From a virus: DNA of 64,000 nucleotides. Shown here in pieces: positions 1-10,771 of this stretch; positions within the stretch are counted from its first letter, which is position 1, and the number at the start of each line of letters is the position of its first letter. The DNA lies in IMG/VR virus record IMGVR_UViG_3300035698_016797, positions 96,001 through 160,000 of that record, one strand, 5' to 3'. The notes below the pieces were generated by a model, which was not told the origin of the DNA, searched no databases, and saw nothing but the letters and a program-made list of their open reading frames with translations. A program made the position numbers and the translations under genes.

Positions 1-1
1 C

Positions 2-277
2 ATGGCATTTTATCAAACAGGCGAAAGTGCTGGAGGCATTAAGGTAAACCCTAAACATCTGCAAGGATTGATGGGAAATTTAAAAGAATTCTTTGGATGT
101 TTTAGAATTTATGGAGTGACTCCAAACGGAGATTACGTATTCTTGAATGAAGAAAAATCCAACATGGAAACAGGTGCCTTGAATGATTTAGCAGGTACAG
201 TTCTACAAAATTTGTTTACCAGGGTTGGATGTGAAGAAGGAGAAGGAGAAGACGAAGAAGAGGAAATGTCAAGCTAA
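2..277 (+). CDS. Hypothetical protein with an acidic C-terminus; possibly 5'-truncated by the window edge
   Basis: 91-aa ORF and the only credible plus-strand gene. It converges on the protease gene, with the stop codons overlapping at 274-277. It ends in EEGEGEDEEEE. Confidence 0.5.
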   Translation: MAFYQTGESAGGIKVNPKHLQGLMGNLKEFFGCFRIYGVTPNGDYVFLNEEKSNMETGALNDLAGTVLQNLFTRVGCEEGEGEDEEEEMSS

Positions 278-984
278 GCTCTCTGTTTGAGTATCTTATA
301 AATTGTGTTTTTAACACTTGATCTATTGACAGGCTGTAACTGGTTTAGGAAGTCCTTTCTGGTTACAGACCTGTCATAGCTTTTTGCCAGAGCGGCAATT
401 CCAGACACAAATGCAGCAGAAACACTGTGACCACTCATTTCTTTTTCATTCCCAAACGGCCATGCAGAAGTGAGAGTGTGTGGTGCCACTAGGTTGTAAT
501 ATATATCGGTTTGCTCAAACGATGCAACTGCTATCACGAATGGATATATGGATGGATATGTTCCATTAGAAGACGCACTAACAACTATGGTCCCGTTATG
601 ATCCAATCTCTCTAGCATTTCTTTAATCTCTGGATCTTCAATAGTGTAGGCTAAGCTTAAGTTTATAACGTCTGGTTGTAATTTTAACGCCCACTCTATT
701 CCATTACGTAACCATTCAACCCTTCCGCTACTAGTCTGAGAAACGTGTGCAATATTAAGAGTACACTCCTGTGCCAACTGACATATGGTTCCAGCAACGT
801 GAGTACAGTGACTCTCTGCATAAAACTCTCTTCCAGGAACAAACCTCTTAACGATTCCAACGTTTTGTCTTATCATGGGATGTGCGGTATCTATTGCGGA
901 GTCACATATTAGAACAGAAGAGTCTCTCCCTTTGGAATCTATCCATTCTATTGGAACCGACTTTAAACTATACTCCTGGTGCAT
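274..984 (-). CDS. Subtilisin-like (S8) serine protease
   Basis: Catalytic-triad motifs in S8 order: LICDSAIDTAHP (Asp), HCTHVAGTI (His), MSGHSVSAAFVSGIAAL (Ser). Also DVINLSL and VSASSN. I prefer the ATG at 984 (GAAGGA upstream) to the track start at 1071, which overlaps the neighbouring gene more. Confidence 0.85.
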   Translation of the reverse strand: MHQEYSLKSVPIEWIDSKGRDSSVLICDSAIDTAHPMIRQNVGIVKRFVPGREFYAESHCTHVAGTICQLAQECTLNIAHVSQTSSGRVEWLRNGIEWALKLQPDVINLSLAYTIEDPEIKEMLERLDHNGTIVVSASSNGTYPSIYPFVIAVASFEQTDIYYNLVAPHTLTSAWPFGNEKEMSGHSVSAAFVSGIAALAKSYDRSVTRKDFLNQLQPVNRSSVKNTIYKILKQRA

Positions 985-2284
985 TTTGATCTGATCCTTC
1001 AAAATTATCCTCCACCACAAATTGAGCATCAGTAACCCACACCTCATGTCTTCCTCCAAAGTTATCCTCAAGGATTACTAGAGCCTTTCCTAACACTTCT
1101 GCCCCTAGACACTGTTCTACCCAATTGCCGTCCTCAGACAAGCCTGCTGCAATATTAAAGCTTACTGGTTGTCCATGTAGTCCTGTTGGTAGATCCCATT
1201 CATCAGTAGTGGAATAACAATTTGCAGATGCTGGGTCATTAAGGTATGGAATGTCTCCTCCTCCGCCAGACATTTCAGAATCGTCATAAAACTCTCCGCT
1301 TGGATCTACAGTGTTATATCTAAGCTCTCCACTAGGATTTTTGGTTAGAAATTCGTGATAATAATTTCCAGGAGAACCAACATTTCCATCATCATCACTG
1401 AATGGTGATTGAATTACGCTACTATAAAGATCTCTGTATGGAATTTGTACATTGACTTCAAACCCATCTCCAAAATCTTCATCATCTACGTCTCTGTCTT
1501 CGTGATATTGCCATCTTTCCCAGTCCGAATGTATCACAGTTTGATATTCAATTGTTGGATAGATGTAATATTTATCTGCATATCCATATCTTCTTGCGAT
1601 GTTGTCTTCAACTGGACCATCACTTGATTCATAATGATAATCCTCTCTTCCCGCTGCATACTTACGTGGTATTGTCCATTCACAATTGGGAGGAAACGCA
1701 TCAGGAGACCAGTTCCAAGTACTGACTCCGCTTGGGTCATTAGCAGCCCTTAAGGCGTGATCTCTTATCATCTCAATATCATCTTGCCAATATTCTATTG
1801 GAAGGGTTCTCCCAAGATTTACCCAATAGAAGAAGTTGTCCTTTGTTTCTCTGTACGGTCCATGTGTGTGCATTTCTCTACTTGCATCATATTTTATCCC
1901 AGTTTTTCCAATAACACTGATTTGATCGTCATTATTTTCTGAACTATCCCACGGCTGTATATATATACGTCTCCAAAATTCACGGATGTAGAAAAACCAT
2001 TTTGGTGTTCCTATAATTTTCATGTTGTCAGGAATATTTGAATCAAATTCTTTGACTCTTTCAGACCATGTGTCTTCAAGTTTGAACCTGTAGTTTTGGA
2101 CACCCTTGTACGCCTGTCCACCACTTGAACTAGTAGGATCATGTCCAAGCATAAAGAAATGAACATGTCCTCTGTGTTTATAGGGATTACTTTGCCATCC
2201 AGAAGAGTATGTATACGTTCTAAAAATCCACTGATCGTGAAAAATATAATACAGCGGGAAAAACCTTAATCCTTGTCCTATCAT
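968..2284 (-). CDS. Hypothetical protein, probably virion-associated (rich in D/W/Y)
   Basis: 438-aa ORF with TAGGAG SD 6 nt upstream; distal end of the tail module; three PSG motifs. Confidence 0.6.
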   Translation of the reverse strand: MIGQGLRFFPLYYIFHDQWIFRTYTYSSGWQSNPYKHRGHVHFFMLGHDPTSSSGGQAYKGVQNYRFKLEDTWSERVKEFDSNIPDNMKIIGTPKWFFYIREFWRRIYIQPWDSSENNDDQISVIGKTGIKYDASREMHTHGPYRETKDNFFYWVNLGRTLPIEYWQDDIEMIRDHALRAANDPSGVSTWNWSPDAFPPNCEWTIPRKYAAGREDYHYESSDGPVEDNIARRYGYADKYYIYPTIEYQTVIHSDWERWQYHEDRDVDDEDFGDGFEVNVQIPYRDLYSSVIQSPFSDDDGNVGSPGNYYHEFLTKNPSGELRYNTVDPSGEFYDDSEMSGGGGDIPYLNDPASANCYSTTDEWDLPTGLHGQPVSFNIAAGLSEDGNWVEQCLGAEVLGKALVILEDNFGGRHEVWVTDAQFVVEDNFEGSDQNAPGV

Positions 2285-2293
2285 AATAATCTC

Positions 2294-2701
2294 CTATGTT
2301 GTTGGTGGAGGGATTGGTGCTGGCAAATTTGTAGATACGTATAAGTGCGATACATAGTTTGGTTTTAGCAGGTGATCAACGTTCCTCATTAATCCAATGA
2401 GGTGAAACTCTTTAATGTGGTCAGGCTCATTACTCGGGGCACCAAGATATGAGGATATTCCTTCGTATCTTGGTTCTACGACCTTGCTGAAATTCCAGAA
2501 TGGATGTGGTTGTATCCACATTGTCATTGCAGAACTAGATGCATTTCCATCTGCAAGGAGTGGTGGGCTTGGACTTCCGGCATCAACATCTATAGCTACT
2601 ACCTTGTGAAATCTCACAAACTGCATATCTTCTCCACTAATGCTTGCATATGGAGATACTCCCATAATCCTTCCGGTATATGTAATGTCTCCTTGTGCCA
2701 T
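2294..2701 (-). CDS. Hypothetical small protein of the tail module
   Basis: ATG at 2701 has GAGGAG 7 nt upstream and follows the previous stop (TAA-A-ATG); Pro-rich C-terminus. Confidence 0.6.
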   Translation of the reverse strand: MAQGDITYTGRIMGVSPYASISGEDMQFVRFHKVVAIDVDAGSPSPPLLADGNASSSAMTMWIQPHPFWNFSKVVEPRYEGISSYLGAPSNEPDHIKEFHLIGLMRNVDHLLKPNYVSHLYVSTNLPAPIPPPTT

Positions 2702-2702
2702 T

Positions 2703-5700
2703 TTACAGCTCCTCGTATCCATCTCCGAACTTTAAGTACTTTATTTCCTCGTGATACAAAAAGTTTGATGGACTCATCTCTCCATCGTAAGTTTCTGATT
2801 CACTAGGTGTCATCCACGACCCTCTTACAAATATATTCTTAGAGGTATCATCGTTGCGAAACTCTATCATAATTTGTACGTCTGCTTCTGCCGATACATT
2901 TTGAAGTTCACTTGGAACATATGTAAGTGGAAGTTCTATTGATTTTGCATTCCCAAATTTGCTTGATTCCACATTGTTTATGTCTCCAGAGGGATTCCAC
3001 CAAGAAGAATTGCGATCCCACACGTTTACCCACGTCCTATCCTCAAGTGTTGCTGTTTTCACCAGAACATTTCCACTATTACTATCATTGTAGTACATTC
3101 TTTTTACATATGTACCATAATACAAATCCTCAACTACGCATGGATTCATAGTATTTGCAGTATCTATTTCAACCTGTTCATCTGTCCAGATTTCTCCATC
3201 TATGGACGTTTGACTGTAGATTTTACTACCACCAGCAACATATCTTGTATAGTACATTTGATAACCACTTGGGGTCATTATAGCATATGGAGTGTTTAAT
3301 ACGTCAGAAGATTCTATGACGGGACTTCCTCCATTCTCTGCTGTGAAATATGTCCCATCCTCAGAGGTGGAATAGAAAATTCCGCTTGGACTAGTAGAGT
3401 TACAATACCACATGTGATATGAACTTCCATCATATACTACAGAAGGACTGTACACTCCGTTTCCAATGTTTGTCTCAAGTATGTCAGACCAAGCATCTCC
3501 ATCTAATGATTGTGTGTATGCAATACGGTTTTGAGATCCATTGTATACGGTAAGCCACATTTTGAAAATACCACCGGAATACATCACAAAAGGTGTATAT
3601 GCAGAGGCATATCCAGTTTCGCTTTCCAGTGTTGTTACTGCATCTTTTGGAAACGCCTGTTCATATTCCCCAAAATTCTCAGGAGTTTTTCCTCTTGCGT
3701 GTAGTATAACGTTTTCATTAAAAGTATTAGGTTTTGAATACCACATGTAATATTGGTGTTCTTCTGTGATTGCAACAACAGGACGCGATCTATCTATTCC
3801 ATATGGAACCCAAATGGTTGGGTTTTCTATCTCGTGATCACTGTGGGTAACAGGTCTATCTGTTGGGAATGTCACACTTTCAGATGTTGCCCAAACTGGA
3901 GTCTTATCATTGAGAGAGTACCATATGTTATAAAGAGAAGCCTCTTGTAACGACTCGTCTGCATACATGGTGTAATCAATATCTATTTCAGACAATGATG
4001 GGTAGACATCAATGGAGGTAATTAATGGCCTAGGCTCTTCTAGTGGAGCAATACTCCATGTGTTATAAGCCCTGGTTCTCCATTGATAGGTGGTATTGAA
4101 CTCTGCAACTCCAGAAGGTAATGTATCTGTCATTGTAGGGTATGTGTTGTTGATAAAAAAGTCCTCTCTATCCCCTGGCATATCATCCTTGTCAAGGATA
4201 TACGTACACATAACTGACTCTTGAGCCTGTATTGTTGTTTCTGTAGATCCCAAAAAACTCTCGTCGTTATTTGCTGTAAACCCTTCATCCCATGGCTGTC
4301 CTTCTCCGTCTCCAAAGCCTTCCCACTGTTTGTCAAAGTCTTGCATAGACAAATCAACTTCTCCGTCTGGAGGATTCATGCTTTCCCTATTTGGTCCGCC
4401 AACAATTCTGTCACCATCGCTGGTAAATAAATAATCTCTCAATGGCAACCCACTCTGGGAACTGAACGCAGAGGTAAAATCTAATTGAAATTGATGATAA
4501 ACTTCATATCTTTCATCGTACGAGACTTGATAGTCATCGTTGGCGTCAAAAGCATCGTCTCCATAAGGCATACTTTCCACCCTAAATCTAAATATTCCAT
4601 TGGCAGTAAGGTTCCCTATGTATCCATTGTTATAGTATCCCTGATCAATAAGGTCTTTTCTTATATCCTTTTCTGCCTCATCTCTTACATTCCTCCAATA
4701 AGGAATTTCAACATTGCGCATTCCATCTATTAGTTCACGCTTCTCTGCAACAACTTCATCCCTACTAACTCCTGGAACTATTTCCTTTTCCCACCATGCG
4801 GTTATTCCTACAAAATCATCTGGAACACCGCTTGCATTTGGAGGATCATAGAAATTATAGATACCGGAAGGAGATGGTTTAATCATCATTTCATCAATTT
4901 CTTTTTCAAGTCTGTCGATCTCTCCAGAAAGGTGAAGAGGTGGGTCCATTTTTTCAAGAGAGTCTGTTTCTTCATCATAAACATATTCTTGTATGTGTCC
5001 GGTCATCCTTCTCAGTTCCAGTTCCGCCTTGTTAAGCACTGGATTATGACGCTTGTTCCAGTTAAAAATTGGAGCAGTCAAACCATTCAAAAGTTTAGAT
5101 GGACACACCTCCATGCGAATACGATATTTATCTCCCGGCGTCAAATCTTCTGTTGCAATAAGCCAATTCACAGTGTGCTCGTTTGACCCTTCAACAGAGG
5201 ACAGGCTGTATCTTTCCCCGGTAACATTCCCATCGTTAATTTGTGTAAACGTTTCTCCATCGGTCGAATACCATAAATTTGTGACATGATAGTCGTCTCC
5301 TTGAGAATCATCAAGCCTAAAATTGATAACCAGAGTCTTGCTCCATGGCTCATAAGATGTGGAAGTTATGTTTGCAGGGTTTGACGCATGTCTATCCACA
5401 AAAAACTTGTTACTATATACCCACGTAGAGAATGTTCGAGAAACGCTATCGTATTGACGTATGCGCAGTCGGTAGTCATATCCCTCTTCTAACAGTTGTT
5501 TGTTTATGATGTCCCAGTATGCGTGCCAACGATTTGGTTGCACTAATTTAGCGTCTGCCTCTGATACATATTCAGAATCTTCAGAATTTACATCGTAATA
5601 ATCAGTGTGTTCTGTGTCGCTCAGATATTTTGACACCTGCAAGTGAATCATTGATGTATCACTGACCGTTGCCTGCCAATGTAGTGTATTATAGGCATCC

Positions 5701-7958
5701 CACCCAGACTGTAGGTAAATTATTCTCAAAGGCTCAAGAGGATTGATGGTAACAAAGTTCCCATACAGAGCAAAGTTTCCTTTTTCCCATCTAAACAGCG
5801 GTGTTGGTCTTTTAAGGTGCCCACTACTTTCTGCTGGAGAATATCCTACAACATAATCTTCTTTACCTTCAAACATGGTTCCAACAACAGGAATATAGTC
5901 TCTTGATCTTATGAAGTTGGCATGAATATTTGAGTTTACAATAAAATCATGTGCAGGAGGGTTATAATCAGAGGTTGATTTCTTAGCCATGTTGACTTCT
6001 GCATTCAAAAAAGGATATACACCGCTGGACAATGCTTTTGGAGCATCCAACTGAAAAGTTGTTCTTTGAAAATTCTCATATTCCGGTAATGGCTTTGGGA
6101 AAATCGTGTCAGCCTTTACTGGACTTCCAAAGATAAATTGATATCCACGCTCAAATCTTGGAGTGTGTGCTCTAAATCCAGCGTAGAAGTTGTTTGTTAA
6201 TGGGTAAATCCAATCTTCAATTGGCTTATAATCAGACGTTGCATATGTGTATATTTGGTAAGGGTCAGTTCTTTCACTAGAAAAACGACTGCCACTACAG
6301 GCAACGCATGGAGTTCTTTCGTACAATCCAGATGCAACCTGAACCAAACCAGAGACTTCCCATCCTTGTCCATCACATGTGGTGCAGTGTTTTCTGTCTG
6401 CTAATGCTTTGAATCTGAACCTAAGATGCCCAAATCTTGTTCCAGCTTTTGCAAAATCAACATCCGTAGCCTCGATGTGCCATCCATCAGGGCCATAATA
6501 GTCAATTCTTTTGGCCATAGGAGGATCTTCTGCATCAAAATCTTGAAACGTTAATTCTCCTGGAGAATGACTCCACCAGTCTCCGGCGTCCCATCCTACA
6601 GGGATTCCCCACTCGTCAAACTCTTGAGTTAAAGGACTGATGATTGCGTCTGCATTGTTATTAGGGGACATTTCCAAACCATATGTATATGTAAGGTGGA
6701 TAGGAGATGAGGAGTGACCATAAGATGGTCCCCTATCTATGGCTCCATCTTTATCTCTCAATGCACTGGTGAGAAGCCCTTCGCTGTAATGTTTCCACCC
6801 TATAATCTCGTTTATATCAACCTTATATACTCCAGAATAATCTGTAGCAAAAGGTCTAAGTTCACAGCCTACTGGCATCTGTTCCTCTGATAGAGGTGAC
6901 TCTACATATTTGGCAACCAATCCATAAATTGGAAACTCTATATCAAAAGATCCAATTCCTCCAGAAGATCCTCCAATCGTAGAGTTGTCCATCGAGAATG
7001 GTCCATAAAAGACTTCAAGGCCGGGTCCAATAGAGTCGTACGGAGTAAAATGTATAGAATAATCATCAGACTCAACAAGCTGTTCGTCTCTACCACTTCT
7101 CCAAACTATGGTCCTTTGTTCTCCCTGTATAACCCTCAACAAGGGGTTAAGAAGGCTCATTTTTGTACTTGTTGAACCGGTATTTCCACCAGTATAATTT
7201 GCGTGAATATATACATCTTCACCATCAAGGTCTGTAACCGTAAATGTTATGTAGACATCTCCATACACATTACCTGTGACATATACTTCGTCAATAGTTA
7301 TTGATGGCGGAAAGTTTTGGTAATTAACAAAACCATTTACACGAGTCCAATTTCCATAATCATAACCATCATATGCTCTCACCTTCCAAAAGTATGAGAT
7401 CCCAGAATTAACAAAGACGTTTGTTTTTGTGTTTGGACTTGAATAATTTTGTGGAATTTCAAGATCGTATACTTCATCAAAGGGATCTACGAATGTTGGA
7501 TCAGTTGAAACCAAAACTTCATAGATAATAGACTGACCACTGTTTGGATCTGCTGCATTTTTCCATTGAAGATATGCAGTGTCTGCGTTGTGAAGCTCTT
7601 CCGCAATGGGATCATAAACAAAATATTGAATACCAGATGAATATTCAAAAGTTTCCCACCAACTACCGTTTTCTGAAATTGCAATCTCAACAGACAATAA
7701 ACCCTGGAAATTAGTTCCCATTGGAACACCAAGTGGGTATTGAAAGAATTCGTCAGAAGAAACTTTCGTTCCAGACTGATACAATCCAGTTTGCCCAGTC
7801 TCTTCGCTTGTGATACGGATAGAGAAACGCGCTTGCGTAACATCTTCCGGTACAGTCCACGAAATGATTGGGGTTGAGCTAGAAGTAGCCGTTGGACAAG
7901 CTTTTGAAAGCTCCAATGAAGGACCAACGGCAATGTTAAGATCTAATACCTGTGCCAT
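2703..7958 (-). CDS. Large tail-associated protein: FN3/Ig-like domains, CxxCxGxG zinc finger, C-terminal five-bladed beta-propeller-like region
   Basis: 1751 aa with GAGGA SD. FN3-like YFWKVRAYDG. CTTCDGQG...CVACSGS. Repeated blades of the form P-x-V-x-Y-x(3)-Y-x-M-W-Y...S-x-D-G-x(2)-W. Confidence 0.7.
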   Translation of the reverse strand: MAQVLDLNIAVGPSLELSKACPTATSSSTPIISWTVPEDVTQARFSIRITSEETGQTGLYQSGTKVSSDEFFQYPLGVPMGTNFQGLLSVEIAISENGSWWETFEYSSGIQYFVYDPIAEELHNADTAYLQWKNAADPNSGQSIIYEVLVSTDPTFVDPFDEVYDLEIPQNYSSPNTKTNVFVNSGISYFWKVRAYDGYDYGNWTRVNGFVNYQNFPPSITIDEVYVTGNVYGDVYITFTVTDLDGEDVYIHANYTGGNTGSTSTKMSLLNPLLRVIQGEQRTIVWRSGRDEQLVESDDYSIHFTPYDSIGPGLEVFYGPFSMDNSTIGGSSGGIGSFDIEFPIYGLVAKYVESPLSEEQMPVGCELRPFATDYSGVYKVDINEIIGWKHYSEGLLTSALRDKDGAIDRGPSYGHSSSPIHLTYTYGLEMSPNNNADAIISPLTQEFDEWGIPVGWDAGDWWSHSPGELTFQDFDAEDPPMAKRIDYYGPDGWHIEATDVDFAKAGTRFGHLRFRFKALADRKHCTTCDGQGWEVSGLVQVASGLYERTPCVACSGSRFSSERTDPYQIYTYATSDYKPIEDWIYPLTNNFYAGFRAHTPRFERGYQFIFGSPVKADTIFPKPLPEYENFQRTTFQLDAPKALSSGVYPFLNAEVNMAKKSTSDYNPPAHDFIVNSNIHANFIRSRDYIPVVGTMFEGKEDYVVGYSPAESSGHLKRPTPLFRWEKGNFALYGNFVTINPLEPLRIIYLQSGWDAYNTLHWQATVSDTSMIHLQVSKYLSDTEHTDYYDVNSEDSEYVSEADAKLVQPNRWHAYWDIINKQLLEEGYDYRLRIRQYDSVSRTFSTWVYSNKFFVDRHASNPANITSTSYEPWSKTLVINFRLDDSQGDDYHVTNLWYSTDGETFTQINDGNVTGERYSLSSVEGSNEHTVNWLIATEDLTPGDKYRIRMEVCPSKLLNGLTAPIFNWNKRHNPVLNKAELELRRMTGHIQEYVYDEETDSLEKMDPPLHLSGEIDRLEKEIDEMMIKPSPSGIYNFYDPPNASGVPDDFVGITAWWEKEIVPGVSRDEVVAEKRELIDGMRNVEIPYWRNVRDEAEKDIRKDLIDQGYYNNGYIGNLTANGIFRFRVESMPYGDDAFDANDDYQVSYDERYEVYHQFQLDFTSAFSSQSGLPLRDYLFTSDGDRIVGGPNRESMNPPDGEVDLSMQDFDKQWEGFGDGEGQPWDEGFTANNDESFLGSTETTIQAQESVMCTYILDKDDMPGDREDFFINNTYPTMTDTLPSGVAEFNTTYQWRTRAYNTWSIAPLEEPRPLITSIDVYPSLSEIDIDYTMYADESLQEASLYNIWYSLNDKTPVWATSESVTFPTDRPVTHSDHEIENPTIWVPYGIDRSRPVVAITEEHQYYMWYSKPNTFNENVILHARGKTPENFGEYEQAFPKDAVTTLESETGYASAYTPFVMYSGGIFKMWLTVYNGSQNRIAYTQSLDGDAWSDILETNIGNGVYSPSVVYDGSSYHMWYCNSTSPSGIFYSTSEDGTYFTAENGGSPVIESSDVLNTPYAIMTPSGYQMYYTRYVAGGSKIYSQTSIDGEIWTDEQVEIDTANTMNPCVVEDLYYGTYVKRMYYNDSNSGNVLVKTATLEDRTWVNVWDRNSSWWNPSGDINNVESSKFGNAKSIELPLTYVPSELQNVSAEADVQIMIEFRNDDTSKNIFVRGSWMTPSESETYDGEMSPSNFLYHEEIKYLKFGDGYEEL

Positions 7959-7969
7959 TTTGGTTCCTC

Positions 7970-10753
7970 TTACGTGTCAATGTTGTAGTATTTGCCTTCA
8001 ATCTCTGCTGAGAAAACTTTGCGACCCACGGTTGTTGCAGGATAACTGCTGCCTCCAGTTCCTCCAATAACCCATACAACACGACCATAAAAAACCGTCC
8101 TAGCACTAACGTCAAATCCAAATGATGCATTTTTCCAGGTGGACAAGATTGTTCTTGCTGCCGTCTTGGTGCAAAACGAATCAAACGTGTAACTTTCCTT
8201 TACTTCCATGGCTGATTTGTCATATGTTTCAGTAGCGGTTCCAACCTGAATATCCCATGGCCTATTAACATCTAATACTTGGTCTATTGTTCCATCGTTG
8301 TCGTTGTCATACCCTCTAGCTAAAAACTTAAGCTTACCATCTTCAAGAATTGCATCTCCCTCATTAACAAGTTTTACATCAATCCATGTATAGTCTGGAA
8401 AGAGAGGAGTGTCATCTGCTACAATGGTACTGTCTCTGAAAATCAAAGTACCAAAACCATCGTTTGTTAACCTTTTGTAGGTGTGATGGTAATAGTCGAG
8501 AGATAGACGTCCAGAAGGAACAAACGCATATTCGTCTCCATGGGCCGTTGTTCCGTTTGAAAATTCCACTAAACCTCTGTCTTTATCAAGAGTATAGTTG
8601 GCCGCAACCTTTCCAGAAGGAGAAGCTGACGTTGGATACCCATGCACATATGTTGCAACCTTGTTTACTACAGCACCTGATGGGGTTACATACATAGCTG
8701 GGTCAAGATAATCAACAAGATCATCAGTAGATGCGGTAAACAGTCTAGTATAATCCTGAGCAACCCTATCTGCCTCGTTTACGTAATGAGTATAGTCTGA
8801 AGTTACCACACCACTTGGATCTTGCAAAAATGTTACTTGCCCAGCGTCTAAATCTACGTCTATTTCTGTGTCATAGTAGTCGTAAATCATTCTTAAGGCT
8901 CCGCTATAGGACTGTCCGGTTGGGTATTTGTGTAGCCACACCTCTCCAACTGTTTCGTCAACGTGGTAATTGGAAAAAGTTCTTTCGTGCTTTTCTCCAG
9001 CCTTAAATTTGAAGCCAGACGCAGCTGTAGAGGCATCGGAATAAAGAATTAAACAAATTCTTGAAATCCCACGAATTGTAGGAATTTCAAACCCTCCATT
9101 TACGTCTGCGTTGACAGAGTATCCTGTTGAAAGCTCTATTACTTGGTTGCCTTTTCCACTATATGCATACAGCTCTGTTAACTTGGAAGAGTCTAGTAGT
9201 GTATATGTAGTCTCTCCTCTGGCTCCAAGAACTGCTTGTGTTGCACCGGCAGCAGTCGCATCATATAAGGCTACATGGTCTCCTGTGTATGGAGACATAT
9301 TATTGTAAGGAGGACCATAGCTGTTAGGATCAAGATAGAAGTGTTCAAACTCTAAGTCTACGTCTCCGTATCCAGTATTGTCTATTATCCAATACCTAAA
9401 GTTCCCAATGTATGAACTTTCAAGATTAGAATAATCCTTTGTTGCATCATCGGTCCAATCTACAGTGGTAGCTCGTCCTTCAGAGTCATAAACCACAGCA
9501 CCACTAGAGATCTGAACAGCATCATAGCTGGTAGTACTCGCTCCATTCATTGCAATACACAAAGATTCATCAAGATCTCCGTCTTGATCAACAGGATAAG
9601 AGTGAGTGGTTGGATAAAAAATGTCATCCCATCTGCGGGTGAACGTTCCAGCTAAAGATTGGGTTTCACTAACAACACTTGTACTTCCTTGTTGTGTTAC
9701 CTCAATTATTACGTGGTCATATTCCGAGCTTGGTTCTCTTAATAGACGGTTGTCGCATTCAAAAACACGAGTGTTACATCTAATAGTTTTTGTCGCAACC
9801 GTAGTGTTGGTCGCAGCATCTCTAAATGTAACACTGATATCAGAGTCCGCATCATAGTCATAATCTGTGCCTGTTAACGTTACAGTGGCACTTGTTTTGT
9901 ATGTTATCCAAGATCTTACGTCTGATTGGTCATCAATATCCCCATCAATATAAATTTCAAGATCAAGATAGTCTTCAGCATAGATGTCAAGAATAACAGT
10001 CCTGTCTGGAGAAAAAGACCCATCTGTGGCTATATCTATGCCCGTGTAGACAGTTTCATCAGAAACTGTGCCGTTGATTTTAAGATAAGTATTTGCTGGA
10101 GCAGTTGTATGCATCAAAATGGTATCACTAGCCGTAGTACTCGTGTTATAGTATGCATCTCTCAACTTTACATATACACTCTTAGATTCTTCGGTCAGGG
10201 TTGTGAGTGTGATCCCAGCCGTTCCAGATGGAGCGGTGTAAGCTTGCCAACTTGCACCTGAAAACGCGCTTGTTTCTGCTGTTTTATAATATGTGGCATT
10301 TCCACTTGCTGTTACGGCAAACGATAACGATTGAACGTTTGTATATGGATCAAGTGAAAACGATACTCCAGAAGGGTCTGCCGTATAAATATTGAACGGA
10401 TCTGTTGTGTAATATCCACTGCTTGCAACACCACTGGCATCTGTAAGCATAAGTCTGAACAACATTTCTTCAGAAGAATATCCGTCAAGGTCTGTTTTTA
10501 CGTCCCATCTTAACAGTGTACTTCTTCCTGGACTAGACACGTATGAGGGCATAGCCAGTCCCGTTGTAGAGCTGTCTAGGGTTCCATCGTACCAAACTCC
10601 AGAAGCACTACTAAATGCATACTGAAAACCACTTGCTGACACATCACATGCCAACTGTAGATCGTGCTGGAGTTTGAACGATACTTCTGCAACAGGACTT
10701 TCAAGATATGTTGTCATTAATCCTGCAATGTCGTTAATAACTGGTACTGCCAT
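7970..10753 (-). CDS. Tail-associated protein with Ig-like repeats and a CUB-like domain
   Basis: 927 aa with AGGAG SD. Modules such as VYVKLRDAYYNTS; CUB-like LEFEHFYLD...DHVALYD...LYSDASTAASGFKF; 11 [AP]SG motifs. Confidence 0.65.
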   Translation of the reverse strand: MAVPVINDIAGLMTTYLESPVAEVSFKLQHDLQLACDVSASGFQYAFSSASGVWYDGTLDSSTTGLAMPSYVSSPGRSTLLRWDVKTDLDGYSSEEMLFRLMLTDASGVASSGYYTTDPFNIYTADPSGVSFSLDPYTNVQSLSFAVTASGNATYYKTAETSAFSGASWQAYTAPSGTAGITLTTLTEESKSVYVKLRDAYYNTSTTASDTILMHTTAPANTYLKINGTVSDETVYTGIDIATDGSFSPDRTVILDIYAEDYLDLEIYIDGDIDDQSDVRSWITYKTSATVTLTGTDYDYDADSDISVTFRDAATNTTVATKTIRCNTRVFECDNRLLREPSSEYDHVIIEVTQQGSTSVVSETQSLAGTFTRRWDDIFYPTTHSYPVDQDGDLDESLCIAMNGASTTSYDAVQISSGAVVYDSEGRATTVDWTDDATKDYSNLESSYIGNFRYWIIDNTGYGDVDLEFEHFYLDPNSYGPPYNNMSPYTGDHVALYDATAAGATQAVLGARGETTYTLLDSSKLTELYAYSGKGNQVIELSTGYSVNADVNGGFEIPTIRGISRICLILYSDASTAASGFKFKAGEKHERTFSNYHVDETVGEVWLHKYPTGQSYSGALRMIYDYYDTEIDVDLDAGQVTFLQDPSGVVTSDYTHYVNEADRVAQDYTRLFTASTDDLVDYLDPAMYVTPSGAVVNKVATYVHGYPTSASPSGKVAANYTLDKDRGLVEFSNGTTAHGDEYAFVPSGRLSLDYYHHTYKRLTNDGFGTLIFRDSTIVADDTPLFPDYTWIDVKLVNEGDAILEDGKLKFLARGYDNDNDGTIDQVLDVNRPWDIQVGTATETYDKSAMEVKESYTFDSFCTKTAARTILSTWKNASFGFDVSARTVFYGRVVWVIGGTGGSSYPATTVGRKVFSAEIEGKYYNIDT

Positions 10754-10771
10754 AGCCTTATCTCCTTATCC

